64,000 nt of DNA from Raja brachyura (Eukaryota). A program made the position numbers and the translations under genes. Location: assembly GCA_963514005.1 (NCBI GenBank), contig OY740811.1, positions 26,846,001 through 26,910,000 on the forward strand, given 5' to 3'. Positions 12,486 through 25,495 of this stretch are shown here, piece after piece; position 1 is the first letter of the stretch; each line of letters opens with the position of its first letter. Below the pieces are notes generated by a model, which was not told where the DNA came from, did no database searches, and saw only the letters and a list, made by a program, of their open reading frames with translations.

Positions 12486-12491
12486 TTTATT
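12486..12491 (-). terminator. Probable distal polyadenylation signal (AATAAA) of PHF13, implying a ~2.6 kb 3'UTR
   Basis: tttatt on + at the end of a largely repeat-free, AU-rich stretch (12.5-15.1 kb). Confidence 0.55.
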
Positions 12492-15120
12492 TACAAAATA
12501 ACTTCAGATATACACGTACAAAGTTTCACAGAAACAAGGTTTTCTTTGTTCCGCTTTGATAAATCTTCCAAGGAGACATTTCAACATTTCCTGCAACATC
12601 ACTGCAGTGTCCCTAAATTAGAGACTTAGGCTTGCATGACAATCTACTGCAGATATTCCCATTGGGAGCAAGAGCACTCACCAGTCCTTGTAAAGTCACA
12701 ATGCTGCTTTATAAAAGTCACCCTCATTTTTAATAAAATAAGTTAATTGGAGTTGGGGGACTTGGATGAGTTTTTCTCCAAAAGGATGCGGTAGAATGAG
12801 ATTTGAGCATGTTGCAAGGAACATCTTACAACAATGCTTTACAAGTTTCTGGGACCCTTTACGAATTACAATGTCTATATTGTAGGATATGGATCTTCTC
12901 TCGTGAAAGTGGTGCTTTTCTTTAAACCGTTCAGCAGGGAGCAGTCACCCTCTATTAGCTGGCCATTGTTCACATATCAAGCCTTGACTGAATGTGGGTG
13001 AATGAATTCTCCATGGTTAACATACCCATCCTAAACTGTGGCTGGCTCATTGTCCATCTATGCAAATATTAACACCAGCAATCACAGATTTTGAAATCTT
13101 GGCTGATTTTTGATGGGAATTTTAACACTCAAGCCAATGAGAACATGCTGCCCACTCACAACCCAAATCTTCCTCTCACTAACATATGGGGGGGGGGGGG
13201 GGGGGGTAGATTTGAGATGGTCCTTTCAGTAACAAAGGAGACTGCCAGTTTGTATTTTTCTTGTTGGGAATGGAGACTATTTTGCCAAGATGAAATTTAT
13301 ATTATTTGGTTGTGAGTTGCCGAGGGGGAAAATGAATCTGTTGTGCATTGTTGGGAAGTAGATTGATTGTCAGACATATTTTAGTACTCACTATATCTTT
13401 ATGTCCATTGTTATATTTAGCGACTTTAGAACATTGGTTAACTTGGATAGATAGAAGACCTGATTGGGGAAAAAAGTGGAGTGTGGATTAAGGAAAGGAT
13501 TTTCATTTCACACACTTTCCTCACCCACAAAGATGTGCAGAACCTTTGTGCACTTCGATCCGTTCTGAAAAATGCAGTGGGAGGGCTTTCTTGTCAGTGA
13601 CTTCACTAGAGCCAAGATTGAGGAGATCCAAATTGGCAAATATCCGTAGGATAAAACATTAAGAATAGTACATGTGTAATATTTTTATGCCAACACATTT
13701 TGCAGTATAAAAAGAGAGTAGGGTGCTCGAGAAAGACACCCCTTTAATGTTTCTCAAAGTACAAAATAAAAAACAAATGAAGGCAGTGGGTACACTTTAA
13801 TGGGCGATGGTATTCTCATATTAACTTTCAGTTTGGTTTAATATCCAGAATTAATTTCAATACGGTGCCATAACAGACCCAAAAGACTACAAGCTGGTAG
13901 GAATTTATTTAATGCACCAAGTCCGAATTTTTAACGGATCGCTCAACAGCTAAATAGGACCAGCAGTTTAAACAATGCAAAGGAGTAAATGAATTCAATG
14001 ATCATTTTTAAAAAATCAGGTAGTGAGGGAAAAAAAAAAAAATTGTTTTATTGCTAATACCAAATTTTAGGCATTGAAATCTGTATAAAGTCTTTTTAAA
14101 TTAGAAAGATTCTCAAAATAAAATCCCAAATTGCTTTCCCGATTCCAAACCTTTTTAACAATGTCGGTCATACTTTGGCAAATGAACCCAATATGTACAT
14201 GACTTCCCGACCCGCTTGCCACAGAATTTTAACATTGTTTTTTAACTTTGTAGACAGAATATTTAGATCTGGTTGGATTGTAATTGATAAGTTTTTTTTT
14301 AATGCAGAAGAGGGCAAATTATTTATTCTAAAAGATGCCATTGTTTTCTCTTGTATCAAAGTAACAACTGTCTAATGCTGAATTAAATAATTCATAAAAT
14401 GCAGGAAATACACAGCAAAGCCATCAACATGTGTGAAGAGGGAAGTCATGGCATCACATGTGTATGTGTGTATCTTGGTCAGAATTCATGAAACATTAAA
14501 CTACCTTTACTGACTTAAATATGACAGAACTGCAGTATATTTACAGCGTCACCTGGTTTTATTGCACTGTTAAATGCCAGGCCACTAGTTATTTTCATTA
14601 GATATTTTTTCCCCTTTGACAAATTTAGAGTGCTTTAAGGCTTTGTCTATTGCACTGGGCCCCTTTTGTTTGCTTGAGAAAGGACTGCAGAGAAAAGAAG
14701 ATGGGAATGATGATCTAGGATGATTGCGATCCTTGCTTTCTGTTGTGGATTTTGGTCTTTTAGACTCCAAAGATGATGGGGTCAGGATGATAACCAATGG
14801 AAGGATCAGAAGGGAAAGGAAATGTTGTTTACAGTAGTCAGCATATTTGCCCATACCTCCCACCCCACCTCACCCCTCATGCCCAAGCTCAATTGTGCTG
14901 GATTAGCCAAGACTTTCATTGATTTAATTGTCCTAGTCTCCTGGGCTCTGAATTGGAGTTCATGAAGGTGAAGAGAAAGATAAAATTTAAAAAAGCAGAC
15001 AATTCTTGCACGGATGGATGGAAATCTCCAAGGCAGTCCATCGGTCTCTTTTTGCCTCATTATCATCTCAAAATTCTCTCCCAGATACAAAACAAACCAA
15101 GAACGCTAACTTCAGACAAC

Positions 15121-15347
15121 TCAGTCAAGGAAGTGCTTCCTGGAACCGGTCCGGGATCGATTTGATCGTCGAATATCGCATTTGGAGTCTCGGCACCTTT
15201 GACAGACGTACATTTCTGGGACATTGGACTTCCGGATTTTGGCACAGGACAGGTGAATCCAGGTACCACATTCATTACACTCTATCATTGGCCGACCAGC
15301 AAATGGCTTCATGCAGTAACACGTCACCAGATCCCAGGAGTCATCAT
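15121..15347 (-). CDS. PHF13: PHF13 exon 4, PHD finger
   Basis: aacag|AT GAT GAC TCC TGG...; C4HC3 PHD finger; TGA at 15123-15121. Confidence 0.96.
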
Positions 15348-18300
15348 CTGTTCAGGGGAGAAAGTTTATAATCACAAAATCAGGTAACAACATCTTACAT
15401 ATCCATCAGCAGTTTTCACAAGGTCAGGAATTCCTGATGTGCTTGACAGCAGCTTTGAATTGTCATGTTATTGTGAAGTGGGATACTAAGCAATAATATG
15501 TGCATGGCAAGATTTCATATATAACAAAGTGAGAATAATCAAGTAAATCATCATATAGTTTAAAGGATCAGTATTAATGAGAGTTGAAAACTCTTCTTCA
15601 AATTAGTTGCCAATAATTTTTTTTTGACACACACACTCAAGTCAGAAGGCAAATGAGACTTCAGTTTGACAATTCACTTGAAATATCATACTTCAAACAG
15701 TGTTGTACTTTCCCCAAATATTGACACTGCAGGTAAAAGACTAGATCTTTTGTTCAAGTGCATAGCAAGGTCCTTGACCTTGAGTGCATTTTAAAATTGT
15801 ACATTAACAAATGTCCAGATATCAACATCTCACTTCTCCATAACTATAATGTTATAATGCTGTATACTCTGTTATTAACGTTATAATGCACTAGATTCTG
15901 CACTCTGGTATTTTTCTCTTTGTGCTACCCATTGTACTGTGTATGGCACAGTTGTACTCACATATAGTAGGCTTTGACTGAATAGCAACAAAAAAGTTTT
16001 TCATTGTATTTCGATACACGTGAAAATAATAAACCAAAACTAATGTCAGTCGTAAATTCACCAGAACTAACCCTAGTTAGATTGCTTAGCCACATTTAAG
16101 ATTTGTTAATAAAACTGTTTAATCTGCAGAGTTCACTCATTTAGAACTGGGTTGGGATGACCTCCGTCTCAATGAAGGGAGCACAAGAGCGAGTGAGAAT
16201 ATTCAGATACAGAACGGGAGGAAATTAAGTTTGATTTTAAGTACCAAAGTTTAGGCATTAAGAAATGAGCAAGTTTTCTCAAAAGACAATTTTAGCCAAT
16301 TTGCTTTTGTAAACTTTAGTATGCTGGCCCAAATATTTATGAACATCATAAGTTTTCTGAAAGTTTTCAATCCTCTATGTGAACATAAGATCATTCAGAT
16401 CATTTCCGAACAGTTCAATTCTAATGTCAATATTACACCCCTTGTCCTGGACTTTACCATCACCAAAATAAATGGTTTCTGTTTAATTTCTATCCATCAA
16501 ATTGAAACATTCCTCATCTTAAATACTCTGAATACATCATTACATAATCTCAATAATTATAATCCCATTTAATATCAGGGTGTCAAAATGAGTGCAACAA
16601 AAGTTTGCCGAATAACCTTTTGCGGAATGGTTTAGTGCGCAAATGCGTAAAATCTTACAAACCAATCAAGTTTTCATGTAGTTTGTAAATCTTAATTAAA
16701 AATGACCCAAGGTAAGTTAAAACTGGTCATCGTGTCAATTGATGGACAAAACGATCACTCATTTGCCCTCTGCTGGATCAGTGTGTAAAATCATAATTGT
16801 CACATAAATGGGTTGGATACAATTTTCCCATATGATCGTAAATCCCGAATGGCACTCGACATGTAGATTTGCGATTGTTAAAAAAGATGAAGGAACTGAA
16901 AGGGACTGTTGTGTTCCAAACAACAATAGAATCAAACCCTAGCAATGGTCACCACTGAACGCGAGGAATATGAACCCAGGGTACATTTAGCTTTTGTAAG
17001 AATAATTGCTGAATTTACTGCTAGATGTACACGGGGGAGAAGGGATTAATAAATCTGTACACCAGTGAGTTTTTTATGATTGTAATTGGAAAATATTTGT
17101 CAAAAGTATCAGCAAGAGATAATAATGAACAGGCTCCGGTGCAAAGAAGCGTGTGCAATGACTTAAGTTTATGACATATTTAGAGTGTCAAACTGAACTG
17201 TTCAATTATAGATTCCAGATACAAAAATCATGTCTTGAAGGTCACTAGTCCCCTTGCTAGTCCTAGATCTTATAAAAATGTCAGAAGGATTGATGGGTTA
17301 CCATTTGTTACTTGTACTGGCAGTTAAAAGCTGTTTTTGTTAAGCTGCTTAAGGATCTGAGACATGAACTGGCCCTTATGGTCTCCCCCTGCTACTGACA
17401 GTTACGAGTCAATAGTACAGCGAGTTGCTGGCTTTGGTGGTTAATGGTTTGACAATAATACCACCTATTATAGATCTGACACAGCATGGTATGGTAATGA
17501 CAGACCCAATTCACCTCAAAATTAGAACTGTTAACCCAGCATAAAACTCAGGACATTCTTTGTTCACATACTGCAGTCTCACATTGGAGAATATTTACCA
17601 GTCAAGGTAGTGGAAGAGGACCCACACTGAGTCTATAAACGCGCACACACACACACGACAATTAGTAGCAACCAACTGTATGGCATATCTAATGCTCACT
17701 CACCAGAATCCACCATGATGTCCTCATCATTGCCTGTGGTATCCACATCTCTGAACACAACCTGCTTTCCCTGACGGAAAACTGTTCTGTGTCGTTCCAC
17801 TTTTTCACTTTCTATCGTCTCATTCTTCGTTTCTGTTGCAGTGACTGGCACACAAGAACCATCCTTGCCTTCTCTTGGGATGTCCATGAGGGGTTCCGGG
17901 GCGAGGGGTTCCGGGGCGAGGGGTTCAGGGGCGAGGGGTTCAGGGGCGAGGGGTTCAGGGGCGAGGGGTTCAGGGGCGAGGGGTTCAGGGGCGAGGGGTT
18001 CAGGGGCGAGGAACTCTGTGATAACAGGGGCTGGTATTGTGTCCTCTGCATCATGGTCAGTGAATTCTAATTTGGACACTGGATTCAGGTCAGATATTTC
18101 CTGCTTGATGGTTTCCTCGATGTGTGGTTCTTCTATCCTCAGGCCCTCCTCTTTTGTCCTCACCTTGTGCTTTCTTTTTATCTTGTCAGGCTTCCTCCGA
18201 TTGAAGGCAGGCAGCAGAAAGCCACTGGATTTGTGATGCTTCAGAAATGAGTAGGGTTTGGCTCGTTTGAAGCCTGTTAAAGTTTGCGTGCGCTTAACTT

Positions 18301-21300
18301 TGGAAGGAATGGAGAGTGGAAGGTCATTGTAGCTAAGATCCCAGGTCTCACTGTCTGCTGTGCTGCCTGTACTGTTGGGAGGACTGGAACTGGTCCGGAG
18401 AGGCAAATCCTGACAAGGCAAAAGCAACACATCAAGTCAGAGAATTATGAGGAGCCTGCGTGGCTCCGTGGGATGAACTCTCATCTTAGAGTCAGAAAGT
18501 AATGAGTTCAGAAAGCTCAAGCACATAATCTATGCTGACAATCTTGAGTCAGATGGTGAAGGGGGCTTGTGGGGCTATGTGCCAATCCTCTTTAACCCTT
18601 ACACAATTACCTTTAAATCTATAGCCCTGAGTTAGTGTCCGTTCTGTCAAAGGAAATGGATGCTTTTGTTATACCATCTTTCAAATTAGAACTTTTCCCT
18701 GACTGGGGTTGGAACTGTAGCAAAGGAGCAGACGGAGGGAGCAAGCAGATGGAGGAAGGGACAGGATGAGCTGACCACGAGGATAAATGGGTAAGAGTGA
18801 GGGGTATTAGAGATAGAGAAGGGGTTGAGAGTGGGGGACAGGGGGTTGTGGACATTAGGTTGGCAGAGGGAAGGAATGGACAAAGGTGGTTGGAGGGGAA
18901 AGGAGAGAGGGCGAGGCTGATCCACCTCACCACAATTTTCCCACCTCATCCCCATAAACACTCAATTCCTCTCATATTCAGACGTCTATGTACTAGTTTC
19001 TGGATGAAATCAATGTTTGAATCTTCACAGCTCTCAAGGCTGCACAATTTCCCAGATTCACCACACTTCTTGTGAATAATTTTCACAATTTTTTATCCTT
19101 TATGGCCTGCTCATTTTCTTCCAACCTCTCCAGCCATGTGACATTTCCTCCACATACATACTCCTTTGAACCCTGCAAGAATGTTGTATGTTTCAATGAG
19201 GTCACCTCTCATTCTTCTAAATTCCAGAGAACTGGACTACACTGATTTTCCACTGTGACCCACCATCCTAGGATCCTGCCTGATGAATCTTTGCTGCACT
19301 CTATACAGCAAAGGAACCAAGCATTGTATATAGTACTCATCAAACCATAGTAAGAATAGTTAAACTCACTTCCTGGGGGCAAGGGATGTACCCAGCGTAA
19401 ACTAACACAAAAGTGCAGAATTTGTTGAAATCTTCCACTGTTCTGCTCCTTTTATCAGATGGAGAGTAATCCTGGGGTAGAACAAGAGAAGGTACAAAGT
19501 TAGACATTAATTTATGTAACACTAAATCGGCAGCACTCCAGGCGTGTATTGGTAGTCACAAGTCTTAACACATATTAGTAATTCTTCTTGGCTGCATTTT
19601 TTCATATTTCATTATTATTCCAAACGTTAAAGGCATTTCTGATCAGTGAGCCACAGTTCCTGCCATTACCTAGTTTAAAAGATAGTGTTTTACAGGTGTA
19701 GTGTGGCTGTGGTTAGAGGGGGTTAGAGGGGGTAGAGGTAGATTCTTGCTTTGGGTCATCCAAAAGGCTTTATTTCTGGGTGGTATTGGATGTGAAGTTT
19801 TCAAACTGACTAGTTAAATGTAAGATAGACACAAAAAGCTGGAGTAACTCAGTGGGTCTGGGACAAAGGATTAGGTGACATTTCGGGTGGAGATCCTTCT
19901 TCCAAAGTAATAGGTGACATTTTGGGTCAAGACCCTTCCCACTCAGTTAAATGTAATTTGGCTTTAGCAGTGGTGCTGACAGCACTTTCTCTGCTTGCCT
20001 CGAGTTTTGCATAGATCGAGACAACATTTCAAGCTCAATTATGTTTTTAAAAAACCCAAATGCACAAAGAATAAGAAAATGTATTGGAAAGCCATTTGAC
20101 CCTGCGGTTCCTAACGTTGAGGTAAGTAACAGCCAGCAAGCTGTCTGTGCTCTGACTTTCTCTGTGGTGTGAGGAAGGCACCTGATGACACCAGTAACCG
20201 AGGCCTCTGGCACCCAGTGTCCAGAATGATCACACTCTCTACCTTCACAATCAAATTCATCGTGCAAACTTCCCCGCGAGAGAGGCGTTCATTTTCCCTC
20301 ATTGCAAAATGCCACCCACATTGAAACTTATCGGACTAAACAGTATGTACTCGGCTCTACAAATTTAACACGGAGCTACTCTAGCAGGCATACGCTTCCA
20401 TAATGCAATCTCACTATTATTACTTCCCCGGGATTGACCTGCTTACTGTTAACACTCGGTTATAGACATACGTACACGTTTTACACACTGGGAATTAACA
20501 AATCCAAGGGGTCCATCTTCTCTTATACAACAGCTCCGAGTGACTGTACAAACAAAGGGGTCGATTCATTCTTGTATATTGAATATCATTTATTAGCATT
20601 AAACCTTTACAATTGACTGTGAATTAAGAGAGCAGCCACGAAAACCGCCGAATTGATTTTAAAAAAATAGTTTGGAGTAGGGACGTTCTGGCATTGGTGA
20701 AATTAGTCGAGGCGGTGACGGGCGGGGTGTTTTTGGAGCCGGGGGGAGAGAAGTGGGGGTCAGTGGGTGAGCGGACCATTAACTGGGAAAATAAAATTAT
20801 TATCCAAAAGCAGGGAAAGGCAGGAAAAGGGAAGGGTCAGAGGCAAGATGGCGAATATTCATTATTTTTAAAAAACACACAGGGATTGGCGATCTCGGGG
20901 GAACAGACAAGCAGCAGACATTTGAAGGGAGGGAATTAAAATTGGATTTAAAAGGGAAACGACCCCCCCCCCCCCAAAACCAAATCTCCAACTCTGGACG
21001 GGAGGCAATAGAAGGTGGTGGGCGACTGGTTATTGCTAACCCATCTACTCCGATTAATAAGGGGTTTAAATGTATATGCAAATCAACAAGATGGCGCAAG
21101 GCGATGTACTCCGAAACCTTTGGGTCTGAAATTGATCCGATTGTCGACGGGAAACGGCATAATATTATTATTTTTTAAGTTGAATTTCGAGTTAGATAGA
21201 TAGACACGCCACATATCAAATCAGTCTCAAACCCGGAGAGATCTCTGAATCGTCTACCGCCCCACCCCCAACCTCAGTGCTGTTTAAAATCAGATAATAA

Positions 21301-21342
21301 TCTTACCTCCGAGTCGAAAGTTGAGGGCGATTCAGAATCCAT
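15121..21342 (-). CDS. PHF13: PHD finger protein 13 (SPOC1), spliced CDS: join(21342-21307, 19471-19370, 18409-17704, 15347-15121), 356 aa
   Basis: [12 protein letters not shown]|[30 protein letters not shown] matches the PHF13/PHF23 N-terminal motif. The C-terminal PHD reads [42 protein letters not shown]. Introns are GT-AG, 1071 nt in frame, and the gene lies between THAP3 and KLHL21. Confidence 0.95.
17704..18409 (-). CDS. PHF13: PHF13 exon 3 (706 nt)
   Basis: ttgtcag|GAT TTG CCT...GAT TCT G|gtgagt; contains [13 protein letters not shown] and DEDIMVDS. Confidence 0.93.
17888..18010 (-). repeat. Coding minisatellite, 8 x 15 bp (gaggggttcmggggc on +), encoding (LAPEP)8
   Basis: Eight consecutive units counted directly; they differ only at one synonymous position (2 ttcc, 6 ttca). 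Confidence 0.97.
19370..19471 (-). CDS. PHF13: PHF13 exon 2 (102 nt)
   Basis: ccccag|GAT TAC...CAG GAA|gtgagt; encodes [14 protein letters not shown]. Confidence 0.95.
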
Positions 21343-23450
21343 TTCTATAATTAAAGAACATAATGATAGATTTTCCCTTCACCGTGCAAGAGAAACAGAC
21401 AACCCTGCCAAGAACCGAAGGAGTTCAGGGTTTGGGGGAAAATCGCCATGGAGGAGGAGGTGGCGGCGACGGAGGAGGAGGAGGCAGGTCAAACTTAAAA
21501 GTTACCCGAATATCCCCCAACCCCCTTTCTCCCGTTTTGTTCCCACATGTACAAAGTCTAACAGCAAAAGGGAATTTTATGGGTTTGGGATTTTCAAAGC
21601 CTGATCATGTTCAATCAAAGCAACGAGCCCAAATTGGCAAAGAGTACAGGGAAGAATAATACACCAGAACCCTCCCGATTTAAACACAGGAAAGTACTTG
21701 TACACGACCGAAATTTAAAAAAAAAAACCGACTCCCGAGACTCCGAATCGATGTTGACATTTCTCCCAGTTTCTCCGATAATTTAATACGAGATAATCGC
21801 TGAAGGCGCCTCCAGTTAATTAAAGATAAAAACCCCCAGAGATAACATACATGCCAGACCATGGTCAGATTTTGGCCAGCAATTTACCCCCAAATAAAGC
21901 TTCTGTTAAAAATGAGAGAGAAAGTTTTGAATCGTTGAAACAGAGCATTTTAAAAAAGGGTCACAAATCCAGGATCTGGAGCCCACCTTAGGTGCGGGTT
22001 GTCGCTTGTGAATAAAAAGATTTCCCACATCCGTGGCTACAACTATATCCTTGCGAAATGTAATCGGTTTCCGAATAAGAAAATTATAATTATAAATAAA
22101 TAGATACCTTTCTCCTGTCCGACTGATACAATGTAACAAAATCCTGATGTCAACCCTTAATCTTCATGCAAATTAAGATTCTTCCATTCCATTCCCAGCC
22201 TACAGGGATGTATGTGGGATCATCCATTATTATTCTCAAAACAGTAACTAAAACGATCGCATTCGTACCTACCTATGAATTATTTTTCAATGTAAACTTG
22301 TGTAAGTATTGCCAGGGTTACTGTCTAACTAATAATTTCAGAGAAACATGGTCTCTCCTTCATCATTACCCCCTCCCTCTCGTTGCTTATGTTGGTGTCC
22401 AGACCAACCCCCAGAAATAGTTGCAAACTGGAATTTGCGATAAGTTTTTTTTCACCCTTATCGCCAAATTTGCTTCTAAAGTACGAGGAGGGGTTCGGCA
22501 AGATTAGTCAGTCGGGCGGGTGCCACTCGAGTTAAGATTTCCGGTGAGTATATCTGATTTTACTCTTTTTCTCGGGACTCCCTCCCTGCTCTGGTGTTGC
22601 AAGGGCGGGGATAAGAGCAAGAGCAGAGAAATCCCAGACGCGCCGGGAAACAGTGTCAGTTTCAACGTCTCTCCAGTCTCTTGTGTCCGCCTTCCAACAT
22701 TACAGCCAGCGCCTCGAGGTAGGCGAGGGTTAACTGGGAATTGTTATGTCTAACTTACATTTTTTGTTCCAGTCGGTCAATACGTACGAATAATTTTAAA
22801 TGGTGTATTTATTTTTCGCCGTGTATTTTGTATTGCTAACCACTGGCCGTAACGTCGAGGTTCATGTTATCGCTGTGGCTCCAGCATCATATTGTGGATT
22901 TGATTTCCACGTGTTGGAAAGACAGCGACAGGGTGTTTTTTGGTGACGTGTGGCCTTCTGAGACTACATGTCTCTCTCATTCACAATCCCTTGTTCGTAC
23001 GCGTGAGTTATTTTTGGCTGACAGTTAACGAGACCTTTATAAAAGCATCTATATATTAGAGTTCAGCGGAGGTTATTTTGTCTGTTATTCTGTTATTTAT
23101 GTATAGAATAACGATAAATGAGTTACAGGCCTAAGATTTCACGAGTAATGGTAAACGATGAAATTAGAGTAATAAATAGGTAGCGGATCGTTGCGTGGAT
23201 GGTTTTCGAAATTGCGGAAAGCTTTCAATTCAAACCAGTAGCAGAATAGTTCTGGCGCGGGTGGGTGAGAGTCGGCCCATCTTGCCCATTGCGGCTCGAT
23301 CCAGTGGCCCATTCTTTCCGCCGACCACTGCGAGTTTTGTTTTCCTTTTAGGTACTTCTCCAGTTCGCTTTTGAAAACTGACATCGATTCCGTTTCCACT
23401 ACACTTGCAACTGATCCTGACTCCTCTTCGACTTCTCGTGTTACATCCAC
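20600..23450. promoter_or_regulatory. CpG-enriched divergent promoter region (PHF13 on -, probably the KLHL21 non-coding exon 1 on +)
   Basis: CpG is frequent relative to the flanks. YY1-like CAAGATGGCG at 20844 and 21087, octamer ATGCAAAT at 21076, GC box gggcggg at ~22514, and a + strand donor CCG|GTGAGT at 22543/22544. Confidence 0.65.
21307..21342 (-). CDS. PHF13: PHF13 coding exon 1 (36 nt)
   Basis: ATG GAT TCT GAA TCG CCC TCA ACT TTC GAC TCG GAG|gtaaga. Confidence 0.85.
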
Positions 23451-24130
23451 GTTCTAGTCGCCTGCTCCATTGGTTCGTTTGGTGACTACCTTAATTTTGT
23501 GACCCCCATTCTCGGGCCCTCCCGACAATGGGGGCAGTTTTTTTCTACTGTCTGCATAATTCATGATTTTAAATCTCTCTGTCAGATTTCCTTTCCATCT
23601 CCTGTCGCATTCACGAACGCATTCCCAACTTCTCCAGTCTTTATACATGACCAGGGTCCTGCATCAGTGAAAATATTTTAGCATATTTCTTCTGTACCCT
23701 CTCAGCCTTCATTTCTTTGTCAAAGTGTGGTGGCAAGAATGGGATAACATATTTATACCAAACTCCTCCTTTAAGAAGGTTTAATATGATTTCATTGCTA
23801 TTGTATTCTTTCTTCTATTTATAAAACCCAGGATACCAGTGCTTTTTAAAGCGCTTTCTTGCTATGTTGTGTCACTTTCAATAAACTAAGCACATTTATC
23901 CCCAGATTTCTAATCTTGTGCCACCTTTAGAACTGTGCCTTCTAGTCTCTTATGGCCTCTTCTCAATTCTCAATGGTTTAATTCTTCATATGGCGTGCAA
24001 CATTTCACACTTGTTAAAGTTAAAGTGTTACCTGTCTGCCTCTTGCAGTCACTCCCTTGGAACCTGCTGCTATCATCACAGTTCACCATGCTTCCAAAAA
24101 TTGTATCAACTGCAGACATGGAAATGCCAC
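23400..24130 (-). mobile_element. Old CR1-like LINE fragment
   Basis: Degenerate CR1 C-terminal and 3' region motifs (ERFKIM, GHKIKV, SVFKSELEKYL). Confidence 0.55.
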
Positions 24131-24367
24131 ATTGTGCAACCAAATTACCTAATTACGCATTAAGAATATACGTGATCCTCCTATTGACCTCTGGGGATCT
24201 ACACTGCAAACGGGGAGGGTGATGGAAAGCAGGAAACGCCAGCCAGTTTATCATCCACCATCGGGAAAATGTTAAAAGCTGTTGTTAAAGACATAGACAG
24301 CTGGGGGAAAAATTCATGGTAACCAGTCAAAATGTTTCCGTGAAAGGGAGATCGTGTGGGTTCATTC

Positions 24368-24650
24368 AGGACAGTGGTGTTGCTGGTAGGCGGTTGTCTT
24401 ACAGTTCCGTAAACTGGGTTCAATCCTGAGCTCTGTTGTCTGTGTCGAGCTTGCATGACTGCATAGATTTCTTCCGGGTGCTCTTGATTCCTCACACATT
24501 CCAAACGTGTAGGTTGGTAGGTTAACTTACCACAGTATACTGCCCCTAAAGTAGAGGTAAGTGGTAGAATATGGGGTGGGGATGGAAATTGTGTGTGTGT
24601 GTGGGGGGGAGGATAGAAGTAATCTTGCACAAAGGCAAACGGGTGCTTGA
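24368..24650 (+). mobile_element. tRNA-derived V-SINE (HE1-like), degraded
   Basis: B-box-like gggttcaatcc and core ttcttccgggtgctc...cacattccaaa. Confidence 0.65.
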
Positions 24651-24952
24651 TGTTTGGTCTGTTTCTGAACTAAGTCTATGATAAGCACCACATCAAAAGG
24701 TATTGATGACAATAAAAACTGATGATGTAAGAGTACTCAACTTTTGACCTGTGTTCCTGTAGGTGGTTGTGACTGGCCTAATTGAATTTCTGGTGATCCC
24801 CAGGAAATCGACAGTGGGAGGAGTCGGTTATAGTCGAAAGTAAATGCGTGAGATCCCTGTTGGAGATGATAATTGTCTGGTTTGTTCACACCGACAACAT
24901 GAACGCACTGTTCTATACATTGTACTTTTAAATTCAAGTTTCGGATCTGGTA

Positions 24953-25168
24953 ATAGACACAAAAAGCTGGGGTAATTCAGCGGGACAGGCAGTATCTCTG
25001 GAGAGAAGGAATGGATGACGTTTCGGGTCGAGACGTCTGAAGAAGGGCCTCGTCCCGAAATGTCACCCATTCCTTCTCTCCAGAGATACTGCCTATCCTG
25101 CTGGATTATTCCAGCTTTTTGTGTCTATCTTCGGTTTAAACCAGCATCTGCAGTTCCTTCCTACACTT
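24953..25168. mobile_element. Palindromic (head-to-head) Penelope-terminus repeat
   Basis: The left arm tagacacaaaaagctgg...gaaggaatggatgacgtttcggg is the near reverse complement of cccgaaatgtcacccattccttc...ccagctttttgtgtcta. Confidence 0.85.
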
Positions 25169-25495
25169 TAGGATCTGGTCAGGCTCGCATTCTAGCAAGA
25201 TGTTACTTGTCATTTTCCAACCCATGCCTGAATATTGTCTGGGTCTTGCTACATGTAGATATTTCATTTGCTGAAGAGTTGTAAACAGAACCTTGTGCAA
25301 TCATCTCAACTAATGATAGTCAGCTGAAGATGGTTGGGCTAAGGATACTGATGTGAGGAAATGTCGCTGGGATGAGTAATATCCAATTAATGCAATAAGA
25401 GTTGGCTACTCAGGATAGAAACAAGAAGTTTCTTCATCCGAGAGAATCAATCGCTGAGTGTGCTGTATTCAAGACAGAAATTGATTTTTAAAACG

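Noticed and set aside
16575-17210. Possible hAT DNA transposon remnant starting cagggtgtcaaa in PHF13 intron 3
   Set aside because: No matching inverted terminus, TSD or transposase motif could be identified by eye.
17789-18236. ORFs with (GFRGE)n, (GSGAR)n and (PLNPS)n repeats
   Set aside because: Other reading frames of the PHF13 minisatellite.
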